Shown: positions 10,005 through 25,849, counted from the stretch's first letter. The stretch: 64,000 nt of DNA from an uncultured Staphylococcaceae bacterium (GCA_964504595.1 CAZDEE010000007.1:725-64724), one strand, 5' to 3'. The notes: a model not told the origin generated them from the letters alone. Made by a program: numbers and translations.

Positions 10005-11460
10005 TATCTTTCCCTCCTTGTTGATAAATTATAAAAACCACTTGCTTTTTCAATTGCATTAGCGATTTGTAATACTTCTCCTTCTTTAAAGGATTTTCCC
10101 ATTACATTTCCTCCAAATGGCATATTATCCATAAAACCAATAGGAATTGTAATTGATGGTAATCCAGCAAAATTACCTAAAGCTAAATGATTATCAGCGA
10201 TTAAATACTCGCTTGATAATTTATCTGAACTATCATCAAATCTAGGTGCTATAGAAGAAGAGGCAGGTAAATAAATTACATCATTATCTTTTAAGATATC
10301 ATTTATTGCATCAACAATTCGATGTCGATTGCGTAACGCTCTTAAAAAGAGTAATTCTTGATTTTCTTTCATTAAAGCAAAGCTTCCAATAACAAACCGA
10401 CGTTTAATTAATTCACTAAATCCTTTAGTTCTAGCATTCATCATAACTTCTTCATAAGTTTTGCCTCCAAAACGAGGTCCAAACTTAATTCCATCCAAAT
10501 TTGCATTATTTGATGTCGCTTCTGCACAAGAAATAACAAAATAAGTTGGAAATATAGATTCTAATAATTTTTTATCAACGGAAATGTGATTGATTATTGC
10601 TCCTTCATTTTCCAACCATTTTAATGACTCATTAAATTTATTAACAACATCTTCACATTTTATTGCAGCGATTACTTCATCAATAACCGCAATCTTCTTT
10701 CCTTTAATATCTTCATTTAAATAAGAAGTATAATCTTCAGTTTCTTTAAAAGAACAAGTAGCGTCATTATAATCATGACCCGCGAGTAAATTTAAAGAAA
10801 TCGCGGCATCTTCAACACTACGAGTAAAATATGCAACATGATCTAATGATGGCGCAAATGGAAATAATCCAAAACGAGAAATTCTTCCCCATGTTGGTTT
10901 AAATCCAACTAATCCACTATAAGAAGCAGGTTTACGCACTGAATCACCAGTATCTGAACCTAAAGCAAAAGGAACAATCGCATCCGCAACCGCAACTGCA
11001 GATCCACAACTTGAACCACCGATAATACGGGTATGTGTCGCATCATAAGGATTGTATGTTGCTCCTAAATGACCAGTCGTACCGGTACCTCCCATTGCAA
11101 GTTCATCCAATGTTGATTTAGCAATAATAATCGCCTTTGCTTCTTTTAATTTTTTTACTACTGTAGCATCAAATACAGGTACATAATCCTTTAAAATCTC
11201 ACTTGAACCGGTAGTTCTTAATCCTTTAGTGGAAAAGTTGTCTTTAACTACAACTGGTATTCCCCAAAATAAATTATCTTCTTCAACATTCTCTAAACTA
11301 CTTGCTAATTTTAAAGCTTCTTCTTCGTTTAATGTTTCAAAAGCATTATCATTATTTTCTTTAGCTCTTTTTAAGGCTTCTTTAGTTAATTCTAAAGGTG
11401 TTGTTTTGCCTTCGACTAAAGCTTGGTGAATTTCTTTAATTGTTAAATCTAAAATATGCA

Positions 11461-11461
<1 letters not shown>
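10004..11461 (-). CDS. gatA: Asp/Glu-tRNA amidotransferase subunit A
   Basis: Amidase signature GGSSCGSAVAVA...GSDTGDSVRKPAS; overlaps gatB and gatC by 1 nt each. Confidence 0.95.
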
Positions 11462-15957
<4,496 letters not shown>

Positions 15958-16041
15958 TTTTCTCACCTCGCACCTGTTCATTTTATCACGAATGAAGGGC
16001 CTTGAGAATAATTTCTTCTATTTATAGAAGAATTTATTTTA

Positions 16042-16437
16042 TTAATGGATGTAATTTAAGATTTCATTTGTGCCAGAGAAAATAGAATATACTCGATTAT
16101 ATTTTAATACCATAAGTGTTGGGAATCCTTTAATTGCAAATTGATCACCACTATAAACGCCTATCATACTATTTACATTATCCACATAACAAATGTCATC
16201 GCTTTTAGCTATTAAAAAATAATAATCTTGTTTTATAAGAAACTTCAATATTTCATTTTTTATCTTATTACAATTAGAGCAAGTGTACGAAAAAAAATAA
16301 AAAAATCCGTTTTCTGTAGTATTAAACACATCATTCCAACTGATAAATTTATTTATTTCAATATCTAAATAATCATAACTTTTTGTTTTATAACATGAAG
16401 TAATAACTAAGGTTAATAAAAGTAAAATCTTTTTCAT
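16042..16437 (-). CDS. Thioredoxin-fold lipoprotein
   Basis: Lipobox LLTLVITSC after MKKILL; a CxxC motif (YTCSNCNKIK). ATG 16435-16437 follows AGGAGA. Confidence 0.55.
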   Translation of the reverse strand: MKKILLLLTLVITSCYKTKSYDYLDIEINKFISWNDVFNTTENGFFYFFSYTCSNCNKIKNEILKFLIKQDYYFLIAKSDDICYVDNVNSMIGVYSGDQFAIKGFPTLMVLKYNRVYSIFSGTNEILNYIH

Positions 16438-16538
16438 TGTTTTTCTCCTATACTTATTATTTCGAAAGAAAAACAAAAATACCTAAAAAATAATTAATTA
16501 CTTATAAAAATGTGATACCATAAATATAGGTGATAAAA

Positions 16539-17411
16539 ATGATAAAAAAGAAAAACATGATTCAAAGTCTAGCTTTATCCGCTTTAATGACCTCAATTAA
16601 TGCAATTATTATTTTTATTAGCTCTATAAGCGGCGCATTTTTTATTTCCGATTTAATTCTAATCCTGTTTTTCCCTTTAATAACAAGCTTTGCCTTCCTT
16701 TTTATTGATAAAAAAATGGCTTTTTGCTACGTTATAGCGTCTTTACTTATTTGCTTAGTAATTAATCTAGAAAAAACAATATTTTACTTAATACCTTCGT
16801 TAATATCCGGGTTTATTTTTGCTTTACTAATTGAAAAAAAAGTTAATATTATCTGGATTATAACATTTACATGCATAATCAATTCTTTAGTATCATTTGG
16901 ATTGTTTTATGTAGTCGAATTAATTTTCAAAACATCTTTATATGATGCTTTTAGATTATTATTTGGTATAAATGAAGAAAATGCTACGACAATTTTTCCT
17001 CTATTTATTGTTTTAACTTCATCAATTCAAACTATTCTAAACGCAATTATTATTATTCCTGAGCTTAAAAAATTTGATGTGTTTATTAAAATTGATGATA
17101 GTCCTTGTATAATTTTATTAATTATATCGATAATATCATCGCTTTTAGGATGTATATTAATGTACTTTATTAGTGATTTAGCTTATTTCTGCTTAGGTAT
17201 TTCTTTATTATGTTCTATACCTACCTATATTTATATTATCAAACAAAAACGTTATATAATGTTAGGAATAATATTATTCTTGTTAATATTTGGATTTGCC
17301 ATAATATCAACTTTTTTATCCGGTTATGGAGCATTACCTTTATGCTATATAGTTTTAATAATTTCATCTATCGGATTTTATCTTTATAAATATGCGCATC
17401 GATTTGAATAA
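16539..17411 (+). CDS. Hypothetical polytopic membrane protein
   Basis: About 8-9 hydrophobic segments. ATG 16539 follows AGGTGA. No recognisable family. Confidence 0.45.
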   Translation: MIKKKNMIQSLALSALMTSINAIIIFISSISGAFFISDLILILFFPLITSFAFLFIDKKMAFCYVIASLLICLVINLEKTIFYLIPSLISGFIFALLIEKKVNIIWIITFTCIINSLVSFGLFYVVELIFKTSLYDAFRLLFGINEENATTIFPLFIVLTSSIQTILNAIIIIPELKKFDVFIKIDDSPCIILLIISIISSLLGCILMYFISDLAYFCLGISLLCSIPTYIYIIKQKRYIMLGIILFLLIFGFAIISTFLSGYGALPLCYIVLIISSIGFYLYKYAHRFE

Positions 17412-17576
17412 TAATTAGAATTAAAGTAATTAATAATCAAAAAAACTAGTTACTGTACCTTTTATCAATAAAAATCATATCAATTATCGACATAAAATAA
17501 CTTTATAATAACAATTTCAACATTTAATTGCGGGATATTTAAAATTTGGGTACAATAATAACAAAGGAAGTGATCT

Positions 17577-17975
17577 ATGATGATGAGCTTTTTAAAATAC
17601 TGTTTAGCGGGTCTTCTAGCCATTATTCTTAGTCCATTATGGATTACTTTTTTTGCTATAATGATTGTCATTTTACTCATTTCATTTTTACTAATGACAA
17701 TCAAAGTTCTTTATTACGATATAAGAAACTTTTTTGTTCGTGATAAAGACAAAATAGTCGATCCTCTTGGAGACTTAGATGAAGATTATGAAGTTAAAAG
17801 AATAATTGCTGCAAGAGAAAAATCAAGCGTTGAAATTATTACTCCTGAAAGAAAAGAACCAAAGCCAATTGAAGTAACTGAATATAAAGAAAGTTATGAA
17901 GAAAAAAACGATCTAAACCGCATTGAATTTGCTTCCTCTTTAGGAATTAAAGATGGAGGTGAAGATGATGAATAA
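17577..17975 (+). CDS. Hypothetical small membrane protein with an acidic tail
   Basis: AAAGGAAG precedes ATG 17577. Two TM segments, then a charged C-terminal half. Confidence 0.45.
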   Translation: MMMSFLKYCLAGLLAIILSPLWITFFAIMIVILLISFLLMTIKVLYYDIRNFFVRDKDKIVDPLGDLDEDYEVKRIIAAREKSSVEIITPERKEPKPIEVTEYKESYEEKNDLNRIEFASSLGIKDGGEDDE

Positions 17976-18615
17976 TTTTATCTTTTTAATTAAACTTACT
18001 GAGAATGATAAAAGAATTTTAATCTCAATAGCCATTGTCTTTATTTTGGTTCTTGTTTTAATTGGATTACTCGTCGAGCTTGTAAGAAAAGTCATGAAGA
18101 GACAAGGTAAAGTTGTCGATACCTTCATGTATGATTTAGTTAGATATAAAGTCGTTAAAACTACAAAGCATTTTAAAAAAGTAGCAAATAAAAAAAGCTT
18201 TCGCTATTTTTATAAAAAAACAAAAGTCCCTTTCTTTTTAATGATTGTTGCAAGTTTAATCGTCTTTATATTCTGCCTTATTACAAAGCAAACAGATATT
18301 AATTTCTTATTTTCATATGAAAAAGGATTTAATTCATTATTCTATATATTTGATTGGAAAAATATGCCAAAAAACAATTTCTTTGGTTTAACAATTCCTT
18401 GTGACTGGCCAAGCATTATTAATAAACCACATTTTATATATAATGATATACATGCTTGGATTAGTTATATTACTGTTCCATTATTCATTATCGGTTCGCT
18501 ATGGTTTATGTTTAATGTTCAAGCATTTATTGCAAGAAAAATAAGAATAATAAAAATGTCTAAAGATGTCTTTAGTAAAGATTTAGATAAACTTGTAACA
18601 AATAACGATATTTAA
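17965..18615 (+). CDS. Hypothetical membrane protein
   Basis: Overlaps the previous ORF. GGAGG at 17956-17960 favours ATG 17965/17968 over the track start 17953. Three hydrophobic segments. Confidence 0.4.
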   Translation: MMNNFIFLIKLTENDKRILISIAIVFILVLVLIGLLVELVRKVMKRQGKVVDTFMYDLVRYKVVKTTKHFKKVANKKSFRYFYKKTKVPFFLMIVASLIVFIFCLITKQTDINFLFSYEKGFNSLFYIFDWKNMPKNNFFGLTIPCDWPSIINKPHFIYNDIHAWISYITVPLFIIGSLWFMFNVQAFIARKIRIIKMSKDVFSKDLDKLVTNNDI

Positions 18616-18630
18616 GATGGTTCTTTAAAA

Positions 18631-18668
18631 AGAACGGGGGATGAATTTTTTTCAAACCCCGTTTTAAT
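18631..18668 (+). terminator. Putative intrinsic terminator
   Basis: Stem aacgggg (18633-18639) / ccccgtt (18657-18663) with an inner tgaa/ttca pairing, followed by a T-rich run. Confidence 0.5.
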
Positions 18669-19001
18669 TTATAGCTTTTAGACTTTTTTCGTAAAAAAGA
18701 TTAGTTATAAACTCAATCATGTAAAACATTTTATTAATTGAGCTTAATGCCTATTAAATTTAGTAAAAGACATGCTCTTTTTAAAATTTTCTTATATTTT
18801 TATAATTTTAAATCTTTTAAACATTCCCTTACTTTCACATCAAATTTAAGGTATTTTACTTATTATAAATAAATTAAATCTTTAACAATCAAAAATATTT
18901 TATCTTAATTATTAATTTTTTTATTCTAAAAAACTAGCTTTATATAATTTATCGGTTTATCATATTTTTAGCAAAAATAGCAAAAGAAAGAGGTAAGACT
19001 T

Positions 19002-19523
19002 ATGAATGAAACTATTAAAAACATTATATCCAGAAAAAGCATTAAAAAATATAAAAGTGACCCTGTTCCTCAAGAAATGATTGATACAATTTTAGAAGCG
19101 GGTACATACGCTCCAACAGGATTAAACAAGCAATCTCCAATCATTATCGCAGTAACTAACAAAGAAATAAGAGATAAATTGTCAAAATTAAATGCTCGTG
19201 TCGCGGGTATGAGTGAAGATATGGATCCTTTTTATAACGCACCTGTTGTTCTTGTCGTTTTAGGAGATAAAAGTATCCCAACATATATTTATGATGGAAG
19301 TGTCGTAATGGAAAATATGCTCCTTGCCGCACATTCTCTAGGACTAGGAAGCTGCTGGATTCATCGCGCTAAAGAATCATTTGAAAGTGAAGAAGGAAAA
19401 CAATTATTAAAAGAATTAGGAATCGAAGGGGATTATGAAGGAATTGGAAATTGTATTATCGGCTATTCTGATACAACTCCAATCGCACGCCCAAGAAAAG
19501 AAAATTATATTTATAAGATTTAA
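19002..19523 (+). CDS. Nitroreductase family protein
   Basis: IISRKSIKKYKSDPVP, APTGLNKQSP and LGLGSCWI motifs; 173 aa. Confidence 0.85.
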   Translation: MNETIKNIISRKSIKKYKSDPVPQEMIDTILEAGTYAPTGLNKQSPIIIAVTNKEIRDKLSKLNARVAGMSEDMDPFYNAPVVLVVLGDKSIPTYIYDGSVVMENMLLAAHSLGLGSCWIHRAKESFESEEGKQLLKELGIEGDYEGIGNCIIGYSDTTPIARPRKENYIYKI

Positions 19524-19545
19524 TAACAATACTTATTCAAATCAT

Positions 19546-19581
19546 AAGAGAAACTCAATAAATTTGAATTTCTCTTTTTTT
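19546..19581 (+). terminator. Intrinsic terminator after the nitroreductase gene
   Basis: Stem aagagaaa (19546-19553) / tttctctt (19569-19576), followed by T5. Confidence 0.65.
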
Positions 19582-19686
19582 ATTATATATAGTTATAATT
19601 ACATAAATTTCAAAGTATAAAAAAAGATAATGTTTTCTATAAAATAAACATCATCTTAAATTTAAAAGTTCTAATAAAACTAATAT

Positions 19687-20799
19687 TTAGTTTTTCAAAT
19701 AATTAATAATTAAAGTAACACTATCGATTAAAAAATAAATATTCTTAGTTTCATTTTCAAAATCACTATTATTAACGCAGATTTCAAAGGCTATTTTTCC
19801 TGCATCATGAATTCCTAAAATATCCACTACCTCAAAAGAATCAGGAATTTCTTTACATCTAGAACCGCTTTTAAAGGTATATCCACCTAATTCACGAATA
19901 AAGGATGATTCATCTAATCCTTTTAATGAAGTCTCACTAATCGTTTGATCTTTTATAAAACTATCTTCTCCTTTTATAAAGGATGAACATATTATTTTTT
20001 CTTCTGCATCATCCGCGGTCGTTTTAATTGCAAAGTTTGTATTAACACTATATGATTCTTTTAACTTTGCCTCATCATCAATCCATTTAATTTTTAAATT
20101 TGCAAATTCACCATCTTTTTCAAATAAAGAAGTAAGTGAATCTTTAAAATATGTTTGAATGACTAAGTCATAATAATCACTTGGTAAAGTATACACATCT
20201 CTAATTTTTATGACAAATGCGGGATTTTCTGGATAAGCATATAAAGTAATCTTTTTTCTTAATCCTTCTTCATCAAGAGGTAAAGAGTAGATCGTTTCTT
20301 CATATTTTTCTTTTCCCACTACTACCTTGATAATTTCTTCATTTTCACCATAAGCCACTAAATAGTCACCTTCAAGTAAAGAAGTCAAATTAATACCATC
20401 ATCAAGATTTTGTCCAATATTTTTAGGATATGAAGCTTCATTATTTCTACTTGTATCTTTTAAAACGACATTTCCTAAAGGAGAATAAGTAGTAACATCA
20501 AATTTACTTTCAGAAAAATGAAGATAATTACCATATAAAGCATAATCACCCATCATTACGTATTTTCCTAAGCTTATCTCTTCATATCGCTTTTTAGATT
20601 CAGTTCGACTTAAATCATTTAAAGCAACGATTTCTTCATCTTTTTTATCAATCGCCTTCATAATTGAATCGGATGTAAAATAAACAAGATAACCCACAAG
20701 TAGCAAATTTAAAACAATTAAAACCGCACGGACATGTCTTTGTGATCTTAAGCGAATCTTAAGTTTAACTTCATCTTCTTCGTTTAATATCTCCGCCAT
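19687..20799 (-). CDS. Hypothetical N-terminally anchored extracytoplasmic protein
   Basis: A single TM segment (VRAVLIVLNLLLVGYLVYF), then 320 aa with no recognisable motif. Confidence 0.45.
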   Translation of the reverse strand: MAEILNEEDEVKLKIRLRSQRHVRAVLIVLNLLLVGYLVYFTSDSIMKAIDKKDEEIVALNDLSRTESKKRYEEISLGKYVMMGDYALYGNYLHFSESKFDVTTYSPLGNVVLKDTSRNNEASYPKNIGQNLDDGINLTSLLEGDYLVAYGENEEIIKVVVGKEKYEETIYSLPLDEEGLRKKITLYAYPENPAFVIKIRDVYTLPSDYYDLVIQTYFKDSLTSLFEKDGEFANLKIKWIDDEAKLKESYSVNTNFAIKTTADDAEEKIICSSFIKGEDSFIKDQTISETSLKGLDESSFIRELGGYTFKSGSRCKEIPDSFEVVDILGIHDAGKIAFEICVNNSDFENETKNIYFLIDSVTLIINYLKN

Positions 20800-20830
20800 A
20801 TATGGGTACTCCTTTCTAATTCAATTACTC

Positions 20831-22222
20831 TTAGTATTTTAAGTTATTAAATGTTCTTGGGAATGGTTCTGAATCACGAATATTACTAACACCAGTAATA
20901 TACATTAATAAACGATCGAATCCAATACCAAAGCCAGCATGTTTACAACCGCCATATCTTCTTAAATCCATATACCAATTTAAGGTATCAGAAGTCATTC
21001 CTAATTCATCCATTCTTGCTTTTAATAAATCATAACGTTCTTCTCTTTGTGATCCACCAACTAATTCTCCAACACCTGGAACGAGTAAATCACACGCTGC
21101 AACTGTTTTACCATCATCGTTTTGTCTCATATAGAATGCTTTAATATCACGAGGATAATCAGTCAAGAACATTGGTCCATTAACAACAGTTTCCGCTAAA
21201 AAGCGTTCATGCTCACTTTGTAAGTCCATGCCCCAGAAAATTTTGTTATATTCAAATTTATGACCTTCATTTTGAGCTTTAATTAATAAATCAATTGCTT
21301 CTGTATAAGTCATTCTCTTAAAATGAGAAGTTACAATTGCTTGTAAACGTTCAATAATTCCTGGCGCAATCATTTTATTAAAGAATTCCATTTCTTCTTC
21401 ACAATTATCTAAAACATACTTAATTGCAAATTTTAAACAATCTTCAATTAAATCCATATCATCTTCTAAATCCGCGAAAGCAATTTCTGGTTCAATCATC
21501 CAGAATTCACAAGCATGACGAGGAGTATTAGATTTTTCCGCTCTAAAAGTTGGTCCAAAAGTATAAACATCTCTAAAAGCTAAAGCAAATGCTTCCGCGT
21601 GTAATTGGCCTGAAACAGTTAAACTTGCTTCTTTTGAGAAGAATTCTTCTGGATGTTTTAAATCAGTTACTACTTTAAAAGATTCACCAGCACCTTCAGC
21701 ATCATTTGAAGTAATTAAAGGTGTATGAACATATATAAAGCCTTGTGATTGAAAGAATTCATGAATTGCCATCGAAAGAACACTTCTTACTCTATATAAA
21801 GCAGTAAAAGTATTTGTTCTTGGTCTTAAATGAGCAATTTCTCTTAAAAATTCAAAACTATGTCTTTTCTTTTGAAGAGGGTAGTCACTATCAACTGTTC
21901 CTTCAATTATTATGCTCTTAACTTGAACTTCAAAAGGTTGTTTAGCTTCAGGTGTTAAGACAAATTTACCATGAACTGTAATCGCAGAACCAGTAGAAAT
22001 ATGACTAATTTCCTCAAAATTTTCACATTCATTATTAACATATACCAATTGGGCATTTTTAAAGAAGGTTCCATCATTAAATTCAATAAAACCAACCGAT
22101 CCATTATCACGATTAGTTCTAACCCATCCTTGAAGCATAATTTCACCTATTGATTCTTTTTCTAAATGATCGCCATATTTACAAGTTTCATAACATTCGC
22201 GAACAGTTTTAAATTCTTCCAT
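20831..22222 (-). CDS. asnS: Asparagine-tRNA ligase
   Basis: Class IIb motifs [21 protein letters not shown] and GGSQREER...GFGIGFDRL; 463 aa. Confidence 0.93.
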   Translation of the reverse strand: MEEFKTVRECYETCKYGDHLEKESIGEIMLQGWVRTNRDNGSVGFIEFNDGTFFKNAQLVYVNNECENFEEISHISTGSAITVHGKFVLTPEAKQPFEVQVKSIIIEGTVDSDYPLQKKRHSFEFLREIAHLRPRTNTFTALYRVRSVLSMAIHEFFQSQGFIYVHTPLITSNDAEGAGESFKVVTDLKHPEEFFSKEASLTVSGQLHAEAFALAFRDVYTFGPTFRAEKSNTPRHACEFWMIEPEIAFADLEDDMDLIEDCLKFAIKYVLDNCEEEMEFFNKMIAPGIIERLQAIVTSHFKRMTYTEAIDLLIKAQNEGHKFEYNKIFWGMDLQSEHERFLAETVVNGPMFLTDYPRDIKAFYMRQNDDGKTVAACDLLVPGVGELVGGSQREERYDLLKARMDELGMTSDTLNWYMDLRRYGGCKHAGFGIGFDRLLMYITGVSNIRDSEPFPRTFNNLKY

Positions 22223-22233
22223 AACTCTCCTCC

Positions 22234-22251
22234 TTGTTCCTTAAGGAACAA
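22234..22251 (-). promoter_or_regulatory. Perfect 18-nt palindrome abutting the asnS Shine-Dalgarno
   Basis: ttgttccttaaggaacaa (7-bp stem with a uuaa loop on RNA) lies immediately 5' of GGAGG (complement of 22229-22233). Confidence 0.3.
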
Positions 22252-22332
22252 ACACGTATTAATATTATATCTATTTTTTTCATTTTTTGTCGACAATAAT
22301 TATCTTTTTAATCATTAATTATATTTTATCAA

Positions 22333-23346
22333 TTAATAATTACGATAATCATCTAATTTCCAACTTGGATCGACCCCTAAAGATAAATCCGCAGTTACAT
22401 TTTCTTTAAACAAACGTTCCGCAACCTTTGCTATCATCGCCGCATTGTCGGTACAACACCACATTGGGGGAATAATAACATCAACATCACTATTTTGATA
22501 AGCTTCTGTTATTTGTTTTCTTAAATATGAATTCGCGGATACTCCTCCTGCAAGAACAACTTGTTTTACATTAAATTCTTTAACTGCCCGAGTTGCTCTT
22601 TCCATAATCATTCCAATCGCAGTCTCTTGGAAAGAAGTACACAAGTCTTCAACGATTATTTTTTCTCCTCTTTGTTCACTCTTATGTACCAAATTAATTA
22701 CCGCAGTCTTTAATCCTGAATAAGAGAAGTCATAACTTCCATCATGTAAAGGTGAAGGAAGCTTATATGTATGCTTGCCTGAAGCCGCTAATTTGTCAAT
22801 AGGAATACCCCCTGGATAAGGAAGTCCTAAAACACGAGCAACTTTATCATAACATTCTCCAATTGCATCATCTTTTGTTTCGCCAATAATCTTAAATTTA
22901 AGATGATCTTCCATAATTACAAGTTCAGTATTACCACCACTAACAACAATAGCTAGAAGTGGAAATACAAGTGGCTTAATATATTCATTCGCGTATATAT
23001 GCCCAGCAAGATGATGAACAGGAATAAGTGGCTTTTTATAGAGCATCGCTAATGTTTTTGCCGCTTGTAATCCAACGTGTAAGGCACCGATTAATCCTGG
23101 TCCTCTTGTAACTGCAAAAGCATCAATTTCTTCTAAAGTTACCTTCGCGGTTTCTAATGCTTCTTTTAAAACGATGGAAATATTTTCTGCATGTAATCTA
23201 GAAGCAATTTCTGGCATAACTCCACCATATTTGGTATGAACTTCGATCTGCGTGGAGACAATATTTGATAATAACTTGCCATCACGAGTAATAGCTACCG
23301 CTGTTTCATCACAACTAGATTCAATCGCTAAAATTGTTGTAGACAT
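22333..23346 (-). CDS. tsaD: tRNA t6A37 N6-threonylcarbamoyltransferase TsaD
   Basis: ILAIESSCDETAVAI, HHLAGHIY. ATG 23344-23346 follows AAGGAG; the track ORF extends 15 codons further upstream into rimI. Confidence 0.93.
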   Translation of the reverse strand: MSTTILAIESSCDETAVAITRDGKLLSNIVSTQIEVHTKYGGVMPEIASRLHAENISIVLKEALETAKVTLEEIDAFAVTRGPGLIGALHVGLQAAKTLAMLYKKPLIPVHHLAGHIYANEYIKPLVFPLLAIVVSGGNTELVIMEDHLKFKIIGETKDDAIGECYDKVARVLGLPYPGGIPIDKLAASGKHTYKLPSPLHDGSYDFSYSGLKTAVINLVHKSEQRGEKIIVEDLCTSFQETAIGMIMERATRAVKEFNVKQVVLAGGVSANSYLRKQITEAYQNSDVDVIIPPMWCCTDNAAMIAKVAERLFKENVTADLSLGVDPSWKLDDYRNY

Positions 23347-23782
23347 CAAACATTCTCCTTTCCATATAATAGGCATCATCGCCGTTATCATAATATTTTT
23401 CTTTTACACATGTTGTTTCAAAACCATGCTTTAAATAAAAGTCAATTGCCGGTTTATTATGCACTCTAACTTCTAATGTGCAATTAAAAACCTCTTGTTT
23501 AACCATATCTTTGAACGCTTCCTTAAGCATTTTTGTTGCGACACCATTTTTACGATATGAAGACAAAACCGCAATTTGATTAATTTGACCAACTTCAAAT
23601 GTAATCCAATAATCAATCATGCCAATAATTTTATTATCTTCAATTGCAAGTAAAATTGTTGAGAATGGGTTTTCATTAATCTCATATATAAATTGATTTT
23701 CTCCCCAAGGTGATAAAAAACAAGATTTATCTAATTCAACAACTTCTTGCAAATCTTCTAATGTCATTTTTCTAATTACCAT
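23321..23782 (-). CDS. rimI: Ribosomal-protein-alanine N-acetyltransferase (GNAT)
   Basis: The GNAT core QIAVLSSYRKNGVATKML and its position between tsaB and tsaD. Confidence 0.8.
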   Translation of the reverse strand: MVIRKMTLEDLQEVVELDKSCFLSPWGENQFIYEINENPFSTILLAIEDNKIIGMIDYWITFEVGQINQIAVLSSYRKNGVATKMLKEAFKDMVKQEVFNCTLEVRVHNKPAIDFYLKHGFETTCVKEKYYDNGDDAYYMERRMFDVYNNFSD

Positions 23783-23786
23783 AAAA

Positions 23787-24371
23787 TTAATCCTTTAAAT
23801 AAACTGGTGATAATCCTAATGTATCTTTTACAAGAGTAGTGTCATCCGCTAAAGAAAGCATTTCCGATAAAATATCACTGTTAAATCCTTCTAAAGAAAG
23901 ATATTTTAAATCACCACATATTACAAAATCAGGATGAAGTTTAATATAATCCATTACTTCATCATTTGTCCATATTGTATCTTTAACAATTACTTCATTA
24001 CCTTTATATACTCCAACATAAGAGCGATTACTTCTAGCGTTAATTAAACATATTGAAGGATAATCTTCTTTTTTTAATATTGCTAAAGAAGAAATCTTAT
24101 AAATAGGGCATGAAATAGCTAAAGAAATGACTTTTGCTATAGTTAATGCAATTCTAACTCCGGTATAAGAACCAGGTCCTATAGATACTATAACTCCATC
24201 AATATCAGTTCTATTAACATTATGTTTAGTTAAAAGGGTATCAATTTCATTCACCATCGTTTCACTTTGTCTTTGCCAAGCTTCATATCTAATTTGATCT
24301 ATTAAGGTATTGTCTTTTGATAATCCGACTGCAAGTTCACGATTTGAACTATCTAAAAGGATTCTGTACAT
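23787..24371 (-). CDS. tsaB: t6A biosynthesis protein TsaB
   Basis: ILLDSSNRELAVGL and SIGPGSYTGVRIALTIAK. Confidence 0.85.
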   Translation of the reverse strand: MYRILLDSSNRELAVGLSKDNTLIDQIRYEAWQRQSETMVNEIDTLLTKHNVNRTDIDGVIVSIGPGSYTGVRIALTIAKVISLAISCPIYKISSLAILKKEDYPSICLINARSNRSYVGVYKGNEVIVKDTIWTNDEVMDYIKLHPDFVICGDLKYLSLEGFNSDILSEMLSLADDTTLVKDTLGLSPVYLKD

Positions 24372-24832
24372 ACAAACTCCTCCTTCAACTGATTTATAAG
24401 GTCATTCCATCTATTATCATTACTTTCAATTTTAAAACAACGTATATCATCTTTAACATGTTGAATATTAATCGATAAATAACTATTTGGAATTAAATCC
24501 TTAATATAATTAGGCCATTCAATGACGCATAAGCCATCTCCATCAATAAATTCTTCTAATCCAATATCTTTTACTGTTCCATCTTCTAAACGATAGGCAT
24601 CGATATGAAAAAGAGGAATTCTTGCTTTAAAATAGCATTTAAGAATATTAAATGTTGGACTAGATATCTTTTCATCAATTCCTAATCCTTTAGCAATACC
24701 TCCTGTTAAAGTAGTTTTACCCGCGCCTAAATCACCAGTAAGAAGAATTAATCCATTTGCAAAAGCAAATCTTCCAATTATTAAACCAATTTTCTTAGTT
24801 TCTTCAGCGTTTATAGTTTTAAATTCAATCAT
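24353..24832 (-). CDS. tsaE: t6A biosynthesis ATPase TsaE
   Basis: LTGDLGAGKTTLTGGIAKGLG and SPTFNI motifs. Confidence 0.85.
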   Translation of the reverse strand: MIEFKTINAEETKKIGLIIGRFAFANGLILLTGDLGAGKTTLTGGIAKGLGIDEKISSPTFNILKCYFKARIPLFHIDAYRLEDGTVKDIGLEEFIDGDGLCVIEWPNYIKDLIPNSYLSINIQHVKDDIRCFKIESNDNRWNDLINQLKEEFVCTESF

Positions 24833-25398
24833 TACTCATTCTCCTTTCTAATAAAAGGGGAGAGGTCATGTTGTTCATCATAACTTTTTAAATAGTCTTC
24901 ATAATAACGACGAACAGCTTCTTCTTTAAATGGATACGCTCTTTTTTCCATTAAGTGATGTATAAAGCCAACCTCTTTATTTAATATAAAATCTAGCTTT
25001 CTGCTATAGTTATACTTCTCTTTATGCCTTTCATATTCCTTTTCATCAAGGACTTTAATTACATTTGTTGGATATAATTTTAAATCCAAATCATAATCAA
25101 TATACTTTAAAGCGCGATCTTGCTCTAAAGTTGGAGAAGCTATATTACAATAAAAATAAATACCATCTTCTTTTATCATAGCTATAACATTATACCAATA
25201 CTTTCTTGAAAAAAATGTTATCGCTGGTTCACGAGTATACCACCTTCTACCATCTGCTTCGGTAACTTTTGTTCTTTTAGAAGCAACAACATACATTTCC
25301 GGCGTCACTTCTAACACTAATGCTTGATCCCAAAATCGATGTAAGGAGCCGTCGTGTTTAAAGCTTTGGATTTGTATCCACATTCCACGTTCAATCAT
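24832..25398 (-). CDS. DUF402 nucleoside tri/diphosphatase (Ntdp/YgaC-like)
   Basis: IQSFKHDGSLHRFW, REPAITFFSRKYWYNVIAMIKEDGIYFYCNIASP, KYIDYDLDLKLYP. The start is uncertain (GTG 25407 or ATG 25398). Confidence 0.75.
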   Translation of the reverse strand: MIERGMWIQIQSFKHDGSLHRFWDQALVLEVTPEMYVVASKRTKVTEADGRRWYTREPAITFFSRKYWYNVIAMIKEDGIYFYCNIASPTLEQDRALKYIDYDLDLKLYPTNVIKVLDEKEYERHKEKYNYSRKLDFILNKEVGFIHHLMEKRAYPFKEEAVRRYYEDYLKSYDEQHDLSPFIRKENE

Positions 25399-25646
25399 AT
25401 AAATCACTCTCTTACTTATCCATAAGAAAAACTATAATATAGTTCTTCTTTTTTTCGTTTTTCATTATATCACGATTATAAGATTATGGCATATTATTTT
25501 ATATCAAACTAATTTTAACTCTTAATAAACTTAATTCATGATGAAAATATTATAGTACTTATCGCTTCTATAAAATTAAAAATGAAAAGATTTAAAAATA
25601 GAATAATATTATTACTTTAACAAGCATAAAATATTAATAAACTTAG

Positions 25647-25683
25647 TTTTTAATGTAAATTAACAACTTGTTTACATTAAAAA
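25647..25683. promoter_or_regulatory. 13-bp perfect inverted repeat in the divergent ntdp/glmM intergenic region
   Basis: tttttaatgtaaa (25647-25659) and tttacattaaaaa (25671-25683) with an 11-nt spacer. Flanked by a second imperfect pairing cttag/ctaag. Confidence 0.3.
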
Positions 25684-25849
25684 TAAAACTAAGAATTAGA
25701 AAAAATTTTTCATTGTAATATAGCAGAACTAATTTACTTTAATTTTTGACATTCAAATTTTAATAAAAAAATTGTAAATATTGATAAAATCTTTTATCAT
25801 TATATGTAGAATAAAGTTGGGGCTTTATCTATGAAGGGAAAAAATAAAA

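Noticed and set aside
22223-22332. A T-box leader for asnS.
   Set aside because: Only 110 nt are available, and there is no T-box sequence or terminator/antiterminator pair. Only a single short palindrome is present.
25408-25849. An expected glmS ribozyme upstream of the glmM-glmS operon.
   Set aside because: The spacer is almost entirely A/T, and I found none of the GC-rich conserved core helices. This is recorded as an absence, pending a cmsearch.
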